From an uncultured Bifidobacteriaceae bacterium (GTDB taxonomy: Bacteria; Verrucomicrobiota; Verrucomicrobiia; Limisphaerales; JADLHS01), in NCBI GenBank assembly GCA_964458575.1, contig CAYWMD010000030.1, positions 6,973 to 70,972 of the forward strand: DNA of 64,000 nucleotides, given 5' to 3'. Both the position numbers and the translations under genes were made by a program. Below the pieces are notes generated by a model, which saw only the letters and a list, made by a program, of their open reading frames with translations, ran no database searches and was not told where the DNA came from. Positions 45,508-58,585 of the stretch are shown here, one piece after another. Position 1 is the stretch's first letter; every line of letters starts with the position of its first letter.

Positions 45508-48156
45508 CTATTTGGGTGCTTCGCCTTCCGACCCGCCGGCGGCATCGGCTTGTTGTTCGCTGATGACCGGCGCGATGGCTTGAAGTTTGTCCCCGGCGTC
45601 GAGATTCACCAGCTTCACGCCCATCGTGTTGCGGCCGGCTTCGCGGATGTCCTTCACGAACGTGCGCACCATCTGGCCGCCAACGGTGATCAACATGATT
45701 TCATCCGTGTCGCGCACGGTCAGCGCGCCAATGACACCGCCGGTCTTGTCGCCGGTCTTCATCGTGATGATGCCTTTGCCGCCGCGCGATTGGATGCGGT
45801 ATTCCTCGAACGCTGTCCGTTTGCCGATGCCGTTTTCGCCCGCCACCAGCAAGGTGGCATCCGGCACCACGACAGCGGCAGCTACAACCGCATCCTCTTT
45901 TTCGAGGGTGATGCCTTTCACGCCAGCGGCCGGACGCCCCATTGAACGGACATCGGATTCGTTGAAACGAATGCTCATGCCGTCCTTGGTGATGATGACC
46001 ATCTCGTTCTGACCGGTGGTAAGCTTCACGTCAATCAAGGTGTCGCCCTGCTCAATGCCGATCGCAATGATGCCGCCCTTGCGGACATTGCCAAAATCCT
46101 CCAGCGCGGTTTTCTTCACGGTGCCCTGCCGCGTCGTGAAGAAAACGTGTCCCGGCTGCTGCCACGTCACGTCTTCCTTGTTCTCATCAACCTTGGAGAG
46201 CACACGGATCATTGCGGCAATGGTTTCGCCCTGCTTGAGTTCGAGCAGGTTGGCGATGCTGCGCCCCTTCGCCGCGCGGCCCATGTCGGGAATCTCGTGC
46301 ACGCGCTCGACATAAACGCGCCCCGTGTTGGTGAAAAACATCAGGTAATCATGCGTGCTCGCGGTAAAGAGATGTTCGACAAAATCCTTGTCCTCGGCGG
46401 TTTCACCCTCGCGGGTGGTCATGCCGATGACGCCCTTGCCGCCCCGGCGCTGGGCGCGGTAGGCGCTGATGGCGGTGCGCTTGATGAGTCCGGCGTGCGT
46501 AAGCGTGATGATAACACCTTCGTTGACGATGAGGTCCTCGATGGCGATCTCGCCCTCGTCCGGCACAATCTCGGTCTTTCGCGGCGTGGCGTGCTTTTCT
46601 TTGATCTCGTGCAGCTCCTGTTTGATGATCGCCATCACGCGGGATTCTTTCGCGAGGATGTCCAGCAAATCTTTGATCTTCGCCAGCAGCTCGTTGTATT
46701 CGTGACGAACCTTGTCAATTTCCAGCCCAGTCAGGCGGTAGAGTTGCAGTTCGAGAATCGCGTCCACCTGTCGTTCAGTCAGGGCATACAGCCCGGAATT
46801 CAATCGCGCATCGGACCGAATGTGTATTCCCCACGTTTCGACCTGCTGGCGGGTCCATTCGAAAGCCAGCAATTTGACCTTGGCCTCCTCGCGGTTGCGC
46901 GAACTGCGTATGATGCGGATGAACTCGTCCAGATTGCGTAACGCGCACAGGTAACCCTCCAAAATTTCCGCCCGCTCCTCGGCTTTCTTGAGTTCAAAGC
47001 GCGTCCGGCGCAACACGACCTCGCGCCGGTGTTCGATGTAACACTGGATGAGTTCCTTGAGATTGAGGGTCTTGGGCTTGCCGTGATCAATCGCCAGCGC
47101 GTTGACGCTGAAACTGATCTCGAGCTGGGTGTGCTTGTACAGGTTCGCAATGACAACCTTCGGAATGCCCTCGCGCTTGAGTTCGACGACCAGCCGGCAA
47201 TGTTCGTCCGATTCGTTGCGCATCGCGGAGATTTCCGTGATGACCTTCTCATTCACCAGGTTCGCGATCTGTTCCTCCAACCCGGCGCGATTGACGTTGA
47301 AGGGAATCTCCGTGATGACCAGTTGTTCCCGGTTGCCCTTGAGTTCCTCCGCCCCGACCCGTCCGCGCAACTTCACGCTGCCCTTGCCGGTCGTAAAATA
47401 ATTCTTGATGCCTTCAACGCCGCAGATGACACCGCCGGTCGGAAAATCCGGACCTTTGATGTATTTCATCAACTCCGGGATTGTGATGGCCGGCTTGTCA
47501 ATCTGCGCACAGATGCCATCAATCACCTCGCCCAGATTGTGCGGCGGCATGTTGGTGGCCATGCCGACGGCGATGCCGGTCCCGCCGTTCACCAGCAAAT
47601 TCGGAAATGCCGCCGGAAACACCGTCGGCTCGGTCAGGCGCTCGTCGTAGTTCGGAACAAAGTCCACCGTGTCCTTGTCCATGTCCTGCATCAACGCCGC
47701 GCCCAGGTGCGTCAACCGCGCCTCCGTGTAACGCATCGCTGCCGGCGGATCGTTTTCGACCGAACCGAAATTCCCCTTCCCGTCCACGAGCTTTTCGCGC
47801 ATCGCCCACGGTTGCGCCATGTGGACGAGCGTGGGATAAATCACCGCTTCACCGTGCGGATGATAGTTGCCGGACGTGTCGCCGCAGATTTTCGCGCACT
47901 TGATGTGCTTGCGACCCGGGAACAGCGACAGGTTCTCCATCGCATAGAGGATGCGCCGCTGTGACGGCTTGAGCCCGTCGCGCACGTCAGGCAACGCGCG
48001 CGAGATGATCACGGACATCGAGTAGTCGAGGAACGAGTTCTTGATCTCGTCGGCAACGTTGATCTTCTGGATCTTTTCGCCCTGCGAATATGCCCCACCC
48101 GGCTGGGAGGGCGTGGATTGCGGCGGCGGCTGATTATTTTCGGTTTCGTCTGGCAT
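45508..48156 (-). CDS. gyrA: DNA gyrase subunit A
   Basis: ATG verified. SRALPDVRDGLKPSQRRILYAM and AAMRYTEARL are present, with C-terminal beta-pinwheel repeats. Confidence 0.97.
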   Translation of the reverse strand: MPDETENNQPPPQSTPSQPGGAYSQGEKIQKINVADEIKNSFLDYSMSVIISRALPDVRDGLKPSQRRILYAMENLSLFPGRKHIKCAKICGDTSGNYHPHGEAVIYPTLVHMAQPWAMREKLVDGKGNFGSVENDPPAAMRYTEARLTHLGAALMQDMDKDTVDFVPNYDERLTEPTVFPAAFPNLLVNGGTGIAVGMATNMPPHNLGEVIDGICAQIDKPAITIPELMKYIKGPDFPTGGVICGVEGIKNYFTTGKGSVKLRGRVGAEELKGNREQLVITEIPFNVNRAGLEEQIANLVNEKVITEISAMRNESDEHCRLVVELKREGIPKVVIANLYKHTQLEISFSVNALAIDHGKPKTLNLKELIQCYIEHRREVVLRRTRFELKKAEERAEILEGYLCALRNLDEFIRIIRSSRNREEAKVKLLAFEWTRQQVETWGIHIRSDARLNSGLYALTERQVDAILELQLYRLTGLEIDKVRHEYNELLAKIKDLLDILAKESRVMAIIKQELHEIKEKHATPRKTEIVPDEGEIAIEDLIVNEGVIITLTHAGLIKRTAISAYRAQRRGGKGVIGMTTREGETAEDKDFVEHLFTASTHDYLMFFTNTGRVYVERVHEIPDMGRAAKGRSIANLLELKQGETIAAMIRVLSKVDENKEDVTWQQPGHVFFTTRQGTVKKTALEDFGNVRKGGIIAIGIEQGDTLIDVKLTTGQNEMVIITKDGMSIRFNESDVRSMGRPAAGVKGITLEKEDAVVAAAVVVPDATLLVAGENGIGKRTAFEEYRIQSRGGKGIITMKTGDKTGGVIGALTVRDTDEIMLITVGGQMVRTFVKDIREAGRNTMGVKLVNLDAGDKLQAIAPVISEQQADAAGGSEGEAPK

Positions 48157-48188
48157 GATGCGGTTTCAGGGAAATTGTTTCAACACGA

Positions 48189-50744
<2,556 letters not shown>

Positions 50745-50779
50745 TCAACCGGTATTGCCCTCGGTGGTTTACCCGAAAA

Positions 50780-50808
50780 ATTGTAAAAAATTGACGCTTT
50801 GGAGACAA
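50780..50808 (-). promoter_or_regulatory. candidate sigma70-type promoter for gyrB-gyrA
   Basis: The minus strand reads TTGTCT (50808-50803), a 17-nt spacer, then TACAAT (50785-50780), about 55 nt upstream of the gyrB ATG. It sits inside a conspicuously AT-rich intergenic stretch. Confidence 0.3.
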
Positions 50809-50944
50809 TCTTTATTTCCCCTTTTTCAACGCAAAAAACACCATTAGCTGGGGAGTGCCCGGATGCCCCGCCCAACTAATTGCGTTGTGGACAACTTCTC
50901 CGAAACGCCCTGAAAACGATGCTATTTCAAGGCAAAACCTGCCT

Positions 50945-51781
50945 TTAAGACTTGATGTCGCGCAGGTGAAACACCGTGCACCCGATGACAAACGCCGTGG
51001 CGCAAATGGCCAGCAGAATGGACTCCGATTGCAGTATGCGCGGCCACGGCACTGGATTTTGAAACACCAACAGCCAGCACCGAAAATGATGCGTGATGAA
51101 CCAGTTGTCGAACCGGTCGAAGAATGGAATCCCTTCCATCACGAGATTCACGAACAGGTACGACAGCGCAACGATGGTCGCCGCCGCCGGCTTCATGTTG
51201 AAACAGGAAAACATGAATGCAATCGAGACAATCGCCCCCGCATTCACCGCCAAAAAGAGGTGAGAGAAACAAAAGCGCGCCAGGCCCTCGTCTGCCGACA
51301 TCACGCTGAAGGCCTGTCCAGGCGCAAACACAAACATTCCTTTCCAGGGGAAAAGCACCCTGGCAAACGTCAGCGCCGTCAGCCCCAGCACGATCACCAG
51401 CACCGCCGCAAAAATGACTCCGGCCACCCATTTCACGAACAGCAACCGTGGACGCGAAATCGGCCGTGAGAGGATCATCCGCAAGGTTCCGTCCTCATAT
51501 TCCTTTGCCACCAGGTCACCGCCCACGAGCGACACATAAAGCGGCATCAGCAAAATGATCTGCGGCATGAGCATGACCACCGAGACGGTGAGCGCCGAGA
51601 TGAATTCCGCCGCCACATAACCGTTGACCGACAGCATCCGTTCAAAGTCCTGCTGCCAGCGGGTGAACCGAAACGCCAGCAACATGGCCGACTGCGCGAA
51701 GACAAACGCCCCGAAGCCGATGTAAGTCCGCTTTTTGCCAAACAGTTTCCAGAGTTCGTTCTTGAGTTGGGCGAGGAGCAT
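50945..51781 (-). CDS. ABC-2 type transporter permease
   Basis: The track start 51787 is TTG; the ATG at 51781 gives MLLAQLKNELWKLFGKKRTYIGF. Six hydrophobic segments, directly downstream of the ABC ATPase. Confidence 0.75.
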   Translation of the reverse strand: MLLAQLKNELWKLFGKKRTYIGFGAFVFAQSAMLLAFRFTRWQQDFERMLSVNGYVAAEFISALTVSVVMLMPQIILLMPLYVSLVGGDLVAKEYEDGTLRMILSRPISRPRLLFVKWVAGVIFAAVLVIVLGLTALTFARVLFPWKGMFVFAPGQAFSVMSADEGLARFCFSHLFLAVNAGAIVSIAFMFSCFNMKPAAATIVALSYLFVNLVMEGIPFFDRFDNWFITHHFRCWLLVFQNPVPWPRILQSESILLAICATAFVIGCTVFHLRDIKS

Positions 51782-51891
51782 GGTCAACGCGATGATTGGA
51801 GCCTTTCTCGGCCCGAGGCATTCCCCGCCCGGCGCACCCCGGCTGGACGTTCGATATTGCAGGTTAAAGGTTGGAGGCTCATCGGCTCAAT

Positions 51892-52791
51892 TCAATGGGA
51901 CTTCGCTCCGTTTACCAGTTCAAGATAGAAATTCTCGAGCGTCTGCTCATGTTCCCAGATCCCCTCGACGGCCAGGCCTGCCCCGACCAGCACCCGCGCC
52001 ACCTCCGCGGTCGAGATCCCGTCCTGGAGTGCAATGAACCGGCCGTCTTCCCCGCCAAGAATCAGTCCCCGCTCGCGCAGGAGCGCCGTGGCGGCGTCAA
52101 AATTCGGAGTCTTCAGCGCCACCCGCCGCCGCGCGGCCTTCACATCCGTCACCTGCCCTTCGAACACCTTCCGGCCCTGATTCAACACCGCGATGCGCGT
52201 GCAGAGCTGCTCCACTTCCATCAACAGGTGCGAAGACAACAAGATCGTGAGGTTCAGTTCCCGATGCAACCGGCCGATTGTTTGACGCATTTCAGCGATA
52301 CCCTCCGGATCAAGGCCGCTCCCCGGTTCGTCCAGGATGAGCAATTCGGGTTGTGGCAACAACGCCTGCGCCAGCGCCAATCGCGCTCGCATGCCGTGGG
52401 AATACGTTTTGACCTTGGACCGCTCGCGACCGGTCAACCCGACCCAATCCACCACCTCGCGAATTCTCTCCGGCGAGGTCGGGGCCGTGTAATGGCTCAG
52501 GATCTCCAGATTCCGCCAGCCGCTCAGGTAGTCGTAAAACGCCGGCGCTTCAAAGATCGCGCCGACCGTCTTCAACGCCTGCGCCCGGTCGCTCGTCACC
52601 TCATGGCCACAAACCTTGACCGCGCCGCGCGTGGGCCAGACCTGGCCCAGCATCATGCCAATCGCCGTGCTCTTCCCCGCTCCGTTGTGACCGAGCAATC
52701 CGAACACCTCGCCCCGGGGCACCTCCAGCGTGAGATCGGCCACCGCCGTGCGCGACCCAAACTTCTTTGTGACGTTGCTCAGGCTGATCAT
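51892..52791 (-). CDS. ABC transporter ATP-binding protein
   Basis: Walker [13 protein letters not shown], an imperfect ABC-signature region (YSHGMRARL), Walker B LLILDEP and an H-loop SSHLL. The ATG overlaps the upstream stop as ATGA (52788-52791). Confidence 0.9.
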   Translation of the reverse strand: MISLSNVTKKFGSRTAVADLTLEVPRGEVFGLLGHNGAGKSTAIGMMLGQVWPTRGAVKVCGHEVTSDRAQALKTVGAIFEAPAFYDYLSGWRNLEILSHYTAPTSPERIREVVDWVGLTGRERSKVKTYSHGMRARLALAQALLPQPELLILDEPGSGLDPEGIAEMRQTIGRLHRELNLTILLSSHLLMEVEQLCTRIAVLNQGRKVFEGQVTDVKAARRRVALKTPNFDAATALLRERGLILGGEDGRFIALQDGISTAEVARVLVGAGLAVEGIWEHEQTLENFYLELVNGAKSH

Positions 52792-53372
52792 TTCTGCAAA
52801 GTTCCTTCGATGGCCAGCAGGTTTTTGATGTGCCCGTCCGCGTAAAGATAATTGACCGCCTTGGACGGACCGCGCACCGCGTGAAACGATTCCTTGTCAA
52901 AGAACACCGGTATGGCGTGCGGATTGAAATGCAGGCCCAGCACCGTCAAATCATCCGCCTTCTGCCCGTTGAGCAGGCTGTTCCAGGAATAGCTCGAACT
53001 GGTCCGCTCGAAGATCCCGTCACGATCGGACGGACACCGCAACACGTTCAAGTTGCCCAACTGATTCGACAAAACCATGTCCACGCTCGGCAGACCGTTG
53101 GTCACGATGCTGTTCGTGCCCGCCGCCCGGTCGCGCATGACCGGCAACCGGTTGTTGTTGTCGTCAACGTAAACCTGCAACGCCAGCCCCACCTGCCGCA
53201 GATTGCTGATGCACGCCGACGCCTGCCCGGCAGCCTTCGCCTTGCCCAACGTCGGCAACAACAGCGCCGCCAGCACCGAGATAATCGCAATCACCACCAG
53301 CAATTCCACGAGTGTGAACGCGAGTTCTCCGACGTCAGACTTTGGACTCAAGACTTCAGAGTCGGCCTTCAT
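52788..53372 (-). CDS. prepilin-type N-terminal cleavage/methylation domain protein (DUF1559-like pseudopilin)
   Basis: [25 protein letters not shown], with the C-terminal [10 protein letters not shown]. The ATG overlaps the upstream stop as ATGA (53369-53372). Confidence 0.85.
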   Translation of the reverse strand: MKADSEVLSPKSDVGELAFTLVELLVVIAIISVLAALLLPTLGKAKAAGQASACISNLRQVGLALQVYVDDNNNRLPVMRDRAAGTNSIVTNGLPSVDMVLSNQLGNLNVLRCPSDRDGIFERTSSSYSWNSLLNGQKADDLTVLGLHFNPHAIPVFFDKESFHAVRGPSKAVNYLYADGHIKNLLAIEGTLQK

Positions 53373-53986
53373 CGTCGCATCATCCGCCCGGATTCCATCG
53401 CCCGTTGCAACTCCTCGATCACCGGCGCCAGTTCCGCCTTCGTCTGGGCCGAGCTTTGACTGTAAAACGTCTTCAACCCAATCGTTCTTATCTTCGTCTC
53501 CAGTTCGCCGCTGATCGGCTCGCCACCCCGGGCCTGCCCCGGCGCGAACCGCTTCATCCCGATCCGCCGGTTGGGATTCCGCAACCGATTCAGCGCGTCC
53601 TCGATTGCGCGCCGCCGCTTCTCCTCGGGCAACTGTTCAAACGCGCTGATCATCTGCTTGAACCCGGTGGGCATGGTTGCCTCGATGAACTGCCCTTTCT
53701 CCTCCTCCGTCATTTCCTCAAACCACCGATATGACATGCGGTCGGCGCGCAATTCCTGGCGTTCTTCGAGCGACAGCTTGTTCAACATCTCGGCCAGCGT
53801 TTGAATCGCTTTCGCGCGGTCTGCCGCGGATAGTCTGCCCAAGTCCCGGGAATTCACGTACGCCTGCACCTTCGCCGGAGTCACCTTGAGCTGGTCCGAA
53901 ATCAACCAACCCGCCAGCGCCACCAGCCAGATGCCCAACAACCCGGCCCCCGCCCAGATCACCACCCGATATCGCTGACTCAACAT
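53369..53986 (-). CDS. hypothetical membrane-anchored protein (205 aa)
   Basis: ATG verified at 53986. One N-terminal TM helix ([22 protein letters not shown]) followed by a charged helical domain. First gene of the 53986-50945 operon. Confidence 0.55.
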   Translation of the reverse strand: MLSQRYRVVIWAGAGLLGIWLVALAGWLISDQLKVTPAKVQAYVNSRDLGRLSAADRAKAIQTLAEMLNKLSLEERQELRADRMSYRWFEEMTEEEKGQFIEATMPTGFKQMISAFEQLPEEKRRRAIEDALNRLRNPNRRIGMKRFAPGQARGGEPISGELETKIRTIGLKTFYSQSSAQTKAELAPVIEELQRAMESGRMMRR

Positions 53987-54179
53987 GCCCGGAGTTTAAT
54001 GCACCCCCAAAGGCACGCCACCAAAAAGGAGCGCAACTGCGCCGACCAGCCCGCCCATTGCCGCCCGAGGCCGAAATTCCAAGCCTTGCGTCATGCGCTT
54101 CCGTCCGCTGCCGACAATTTCCCCGCAGCCCAATCCAAATCCAACTTGCTAACCCGCCCTCCAAACTTAACCTCCCCGC

Positions 54180-57053
54180 ATGTCACATTCGGAAACGAAG
54201 CAAACATGCGGCGACACTTTGTCGCATCCCGACCGGTTCATCCGCCGTCATATCGGCCCCAACGCGGCCGAAACCGCCGCCATGCTCAAAGTGGTCGGAT
54301 ACGATTCCGTGGATGCGCTCGCCGATGCCGCGGTGCCGCGCGCCATCCGCCTGCCGCAGCCGGTCAATCTGCCCGAAGCCAAAAGCGAATTTGAAGCGCT
54401 CGCCGAACTCCGTCGCCTCGCCAGCGAAAACAAAGTCTGCCGCTCGTTCATCGGACAAGGCTACTACGACACCATCACGCCGCCCGTCATCCAGCGGAAC
54501 GTCCTCGAAAACCCCGGCTGGTATACGCAATACACACCCTATCAAGCCGAAATTTCCCAGGGCCGTCTCGAAGCGCTTCTGAATTTTCAGACGATGGCAG
54601 CCGAACTCACCGGCCTCGACATCGCGAATGCTTCCATGCTCGACGAAGCCACCGCCGCCGCCGAGGCCATGACGATGTCCTTGCGCCTCAAAGACGGCCG
54701 CAACGTCTATTTCATTTCCGAAACCTGCCATCCGCAGACCATCGAAGTCGTCCGCAGCCGTGCAATCGCGCTGAAGATTGAAGTGGTCATCGGCAATCCC
54801 GAGACGTTCGAGTTCAACGAACAAGTCTTTGGCGCACTCGTTCAATATCCCGACACGTTTGGGGCGATTCACGATTACTCCGGTTTCGCCGGAAAAGCCC
54901 ACGCCGCCGGAGCAATGGTCACGGTCGCGACGGACTTGCTCGCGCTCACACTCATCAAGCCACCGGGCGAATTCGGCGCGGACATCGCGGTTGGCAGTGC
55001 GCAACGCTTCGGTGTGCCGCTCGGTTACGGCGGACCACATGCCGCGTTCTTCGCCACGCGCGATGAATTCAAACGCCAGATGCCCGGCCGCATCGTCGGC
55101 GTGTCCAAGGACGCCCGTGGCAAGCCCGCCCTGCGCCTCGCGCTCGGCACGCGCGAGCAACACATCCGCCGCGAGAAAGCCACCAGCAACATCTGTACAG
55201 CGCAGGCGCTCCTCGCCAACATGGCTTCGCTCTACGCTTGCTATCACGGGTCGGAGGGATTAAAGCAGATCGCGGAGCGAGTGCTTGAATTGACTGGAAT
55301 GCTGGCAGCGGGATTGAGAAAACTAGGCTATCAAATCGGCGAGTCGGCTGACTCGATCTACTTTGATACGTTGCGAGTTCATCTGGGCGCGAAACAAGCG
55401 AACGAGATCGCAAAACTTGCCGAACAACGCCGCATTAATCTTCGCGTAATAGACCATCATTCGATCGGCATCTCACTCGACGAAACGTGCACTGAGCAGG
55501 ATGTGGATGAGATTTGGCAGATTTTCAATAGCGGCAACCTGGTAGAATTCGACACTCTCGTATCTGAATTCTGCATTCGACCGCGTCGCACCAGTAAATT
55601 CCTCCAGCACCCCGTCTTCAACCGCTACCACTCCGAGACCGAGATGCTGCGCTACATCAAGCGGCTCGAATCGCGCGACCTGTCGCTCACGGCTTCGATG
55701 ATTCCGCTCGGTTCATGCACCATGAAACTCAACGCCGCTGCCGAGATGTTTCCTGTGTCGTGGCCGGAGTTCGCGAAGATTCACCCGTTCGCGCCCATCA
55801 AACAGACGCGCGGTTACCAGAAACTTTTCGAGCAACTCGAAACCTGGCTCGCTGAGATCACCGGGTTCGCCGGCATTTCGCTCCAGCCCAACGCCGGTTC
55901 GCAAGGCGAATACGCCGGGTTGCTCGTCATCCGCGCGTATCACGAATCGCGCAATGAGTCTCATCGGACGGTCTGTCTGATCCCCACTTCAGCTCACGGA
56001 ACAAATCCCGCGAGCGCGGTGATGGCGGGAATGCGCGTCGTATCCGTCGCATGTGACTCATCCGGAAACATAGATGTGGCGGACTTACGCGCCAAAGCGG
56101 AAGCCCACAAAGACACCCTGGCTGCGCTCATGATCACCTATCCCAGCACGCACGGCGTGTTCGAGGAAACCATCCGCGAAATTTGCGAAATCATCCACGC
56201 GCACGGCGGCCAGGTTTACATGGACGGCGCGAACATGAACGCGCAAGTCGGCCTCACCAGTCCCGGCTTCATCGGCGCGGACGTCTGCCATTTGAATCTG
56301 CACAAGACGTTTTGCATCCCGCACGGAGGCGGCGGACCGGGCGTCGGACCGATTGGCGTGGCGGAACATCTTGTGGAATTTCTGCCCGGCCACAACGTCG
56401 TCAACCTCGGCGGCGAAAGCCCGATCGGCGCAGTCAGTGCCGCTCCGTGGGGTAGCGCAAGCATTCTCACCATCTCGTGGATGTATATCGCGATGATGGG
56501 CGCGGACGGACTCACCGAAGCGACGAAGTTCGCCATCCTCAACGCGAATTACATTTCCAAGCGGCTCGAAAAACATTTCCCGACGCTCTACCGCAGCAAC
56601 GGCCTCGTCGCGCACGAATGCATCCTCGACCTGCGCGCGTTCAAGGGCACGACCGCTGAGGACGTGGCGAAGCGCCTGATGGATTACGGCTTTCACGCGC
56701 CGACGCTCTCGTGGCCCGTCGCCGGCACGCTCATGGTCGAACCGACCGAAAGCGAATCTAAATACGAACTCGACCGTTTCTGCGACGCGATGATCTCCAT
56801 CCACGCCGAAATGACCGCCGTGGAAACCGGCGCAGCCGACGCGAAGAATAATCTCCTCAAGAACGCCCCGCACACAGCCGACCAGATCGCAAGCGACAAT
56901 TGGAATCGCCCTTACGGCCGCGAAGCCGCCGCGTTCCCGGCCAATAGCCTGCACGACTACAAATTCTGGCCGCCCGTCGCCCGCGTGGACAACGTGTTTG
57001 GGGACAGAAATCCAGTGTGTTCCTGTGTTGGAATGGAAGCGTATGAAAGTTAA
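54180..57053 (+). CDS. gcvP: glycine dehydrogenase (decarboxylating), single-chain P protein
   Basis: ATG verified. [31 protein letters not shown] and the PLP-lysine region [18 protein letters not shown]. 957 aa. Confidence 0.97.
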   Translation: MSHSETKQTCGDTLSHPDRFIRRHIGPNAAETAAMLKVVGYDSVDALADAAVPRAIRLPQPVNLPEAKSEFEALAELRRLASENKVCRSFIGQGYYDTITPPVIQRNVLENPGWYTQYTPYQAEISQGRLEALLNFQTMAAELTGLDIANASMLDEATAAAEAMTMSLRLKDGRNVYFISETCHPQTIEVVRSRAIALKIEVVIGNPETFEFNEQVFGALVQYPDTFGAIHDYSGFAGKAHAAGAMVTVATDLLALTLIKPPGEFGADIAVGSAQRFGVPLGYGGPHAAFFATRDEFKRQMPGRIVGVSKDARGKPALRLALGTREQHIRREKATSNICTAQALLANMASLYACYHGSEGLKQIAERVLELTGMLAAGLRKLGYQIGESADSIYFDTLRVHLGAKQANEIAKLAEQRRINLRVIDHHSIGISLDETCTEQDVDEIWQIFNSGNLVEFDTLVSEFCIRPRRTSKFLQHPVFNRYHSETEMLRYIKRLESRDLSLTASMIPLGSCTMKLNAAAEMFPVSWPEFAKIHPFAPIKQTRGYQKLFEQLETWLAEITGFAGISLQPNAGSQGEYAGLLVIRAYHESRNESHRTVCLIPTSAHGTNPASAVMAGMRVVSVACDSSGNIDVADLRAKAEAHKDTLAALMITYPSTHGVFEETIREICEIIHAHGGQVYMDGANMNAQVGLTSPGFIGADVCHLNLHKTFCIPHGGGGPGVGPIGVAEHLVEFLPGHNVVNLGGESPIGAVSAAPWGSASILTISWMYIAMMGADGLTEATKFAILNANYISKRLEKHFPTLYRSNGLVAHECILDLRAFKGTTAEDVAKRLMDYGFHAPTLSWPVAGTLMVEPTESESKYELDRFCDAMISIHAEMTAVETGAADAKNNLLKNAPHTADQIASDNWNRPYGREAAAFPANSLHDYKFWPPVARVDNVFGDRNPVCSCVGMEAYES

Positions 57054-57483
57054 ACCCGCTCAGATGTGTCCGGTGCTGACCGAAATCTTTCTTTTCCGAG
57101 CAACGAACGAACAGCTTGAATGGGAGATGGCTTGGCTTCCATTTACTGGCTCATGCTCTGTCGACGTGAAAGGAAACTTGGATTTCAAAAGCGACAGATT
57201 TGTTCGTGGTTATCTTTCAAAAAATGGCAGGCTCAAAAGCGAGCAAGAGTTTCATAAAGTTTGTGCTGCATTGAAATCGAAGGTGGGCGCCGATGCGCGG
57301 AGATTTATGCGAGGCCATGATTTTGCTGAACTTCTATCCATTGTTATTCGCCGCCATTTGCACCACGACCAAAGGAATTTCAGAGACCCAAACGTTCTCG
57401 AGGGAGCATTGTTCTGTTGTCTTGAGGCACAGCGGATCAAAGATGCGCCCTTATTTAAGGTTGTTGCAGCTCGCATGGCATAA
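57043..57483 (+). CDS. hypothetical protein (146 aa), low-GC
   Basis: The ATG verified at 57043 overlaps the gcvP stop by 11 nt. Composition drops sharply: 23 of 60 G+C at 57181-57240. No family recognised, so coding status is uncertain. Confidence 0.4.
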   Translation: MKVKPAQMCPVLTEIFLFRATNEQLEWEMAWLPFTGSCSVDVKGNLDFKSDRFVRGYLSKNGRLKSEQEFHKVCAALKSKVGADARRFMRGHDFAELLSIVIRRHLHHDQRNFRDPNVLEGALFCCLEAQRIKDAPLFKVVAARMA

Positions 57484-57575
57484 CACTTTGAACCCGCGTC
57501 ATACGTGTCCATTTGTGGACTGAAGACTGGCCCGTACGACTCGCACCTCCGCGCCTCTGCGTCTCCGCGGTTCAA

Positions 57576-57700
57576 TCAGAATGGCAGTTGAATTTCCGTC
57601 AGATAATTCTTCGGGTTGCCTTTGAAGATCATGCCCGGGCCTTTGACGTAAATTTCGCGCGTGGGCAGGACGGGTTTCAGTTTCCGCTCGTCGGCGTGTA
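57576..57700 (-). pseudogene. C-terminal remnant of a GyrI-like (AraC/MerR effector-binding type) domain gene
   Basis: The minus strand reads ...KLKPVLPTREIYVKGPGMIFKGNPKNYLTEIQLPF-stop (TGA at 57576-57578). This is the typical C-terminal end of GyrI-like domains. The frame has no start and is cut off by a stop inside the dinD 3' end. Confidence 0.4.
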
Positions 57701-57705
57701 ATTTA

Positions 57706-58539
57706 TTATCCAGCCTTCAACCGCTTCTTCTCCCGGCTCTCGACTTTCTTGATGCTCTCGGCGATGGGCAGGTTTTCCGGCATCGTGCCGCCGAGTTCGT
57801 GAATAGTGCGGCGGACTTTGCGGCCCACTTCGTTGTGAATCCGGTTGGCGTGATCTTTGTGCCGCACGCTTTCGCGCCGGAGTTTTTCCTCGGTCTGCGT
57901 GGCGCGGAACAGATTGGCTGCCAGTTCCGTGCTGCCCATGTGGTCGAGGATGTTTTGTTTGGGCTTGAGCCGTTTGCGCTGGCGGAGGTCGCGCATGCCC
58001 AGCCCGCCGTAAAGCCCGCGATAGCCGTGATCCATGAAGATGGCGTAGTCGAGCGGGTCAACCACGCCGGATTGCTTGGCGACACCCGCGAGGTTTTTGT
58101 TGTGCTTCTTCATCTCAGCGCGAAGGAGCAGGCGCAGTTTGTCTTCCTTCAACGCCTCGTCATCGGCCATTTCCTGTCGCCGCGTTTGCACAGCAAAATA
58201 AGTTTGTCCCAACGCGACGAGCGGTTTGCTCGGGTCAGCGTTCTGGATGACGAGGTAGCAGGCGTAGCGGGAGAGCGCCCAATCCTCGACCTCGCGTTGT
58301 GCGCCCGATCCAATGCTGACCATATTGCGCATTTCCGCAAAATGGTCGGCGACCGCGTGGCCGCTCTTGATGCAGGCTTCCTTGGCCTTCTGAACCACCG
58401 GCTCGAAGTTGCGGAAGTTCAGATACTCCAACACCTGTGCCAGATCGCGCGCGGACCACGATTCGTTTCCGTCGGCGTTAACGCGTTTGATTCGTTCAAA
58501 GGTATTGCTGCCGGCGGGCGCGGGAAGTTGGCTGCTCAT
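57706..58539 (-). CDS. dinD: DNA damage-inducible protein D
   Basis: ATG verified. SWSARDLAQVL, AKEACIKSGH, LSRYACYLVIQNADPSKP, GQTYFAVQTRRQE, HGYRGLYGG, ILDHMGSTELAANLFRATQTEEKL and GRKVRRTIHELGGTMPE align along the full length with E. coli DinD as I remember it. Confidence 0.9.
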   Translation of the reverse strand: MSSQLPAPAGSNTFERIKRVNADGNESWSARDLAQVLEYLNFRNFEPVVQKAKEACIKSGHAVADHFAEMRNMVSIGSGAQREVEDWALSRYACYLVIQNADPSKPLVALGQTYFAVQTRRQEMADDEALKEDKLRLLLRAEMKKHNKNLAGVAKQSGVVDPLDYAIFMDHGYRGLYGGLGMRDLRQRKRLKPKQNILDHMGSTELAANLFRATQTEEKLRRESVRHKDHANRIHNEVGRKVRRTIHELGGTMPENLPIAESIKKVESREKKRLKAG

Positions 58540-58585
58540 GGATTTCTTTTACTCCAAGCCACAGTTCAAATGAAGGACGAATTAT

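Noticed and set aside
50929-50945. Hairpin AAGGCA-AAACC-TGCCTT overlapping the permease stop codon, considered as a possible terminator.
   Set aside because: The stem is only 6 bp and no U-run follows directly on the minus strand.
51784-51881. A 32-codon minus-strand ORF (MSLQPLTCNIERPAGV...) in the 104-nt gap between the ABC ATPase and permease genes.
   Set aside because: It is too short, has no recognisable features, and its composition looks like non-coding GC-rich sequence.
53987-54179. Looked for a glycine riboswitch upstream of gcvP.
   Set aside because: I could not find the conserved GGAGAG...CACCGAAGGGGCAA...CTCAGGCAAAAGGAC-type cores on the plus strand. Only a vague GGAGCGCAACTGCGCCGACC resemblance exists. 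A covariance-model scan would be decisive.
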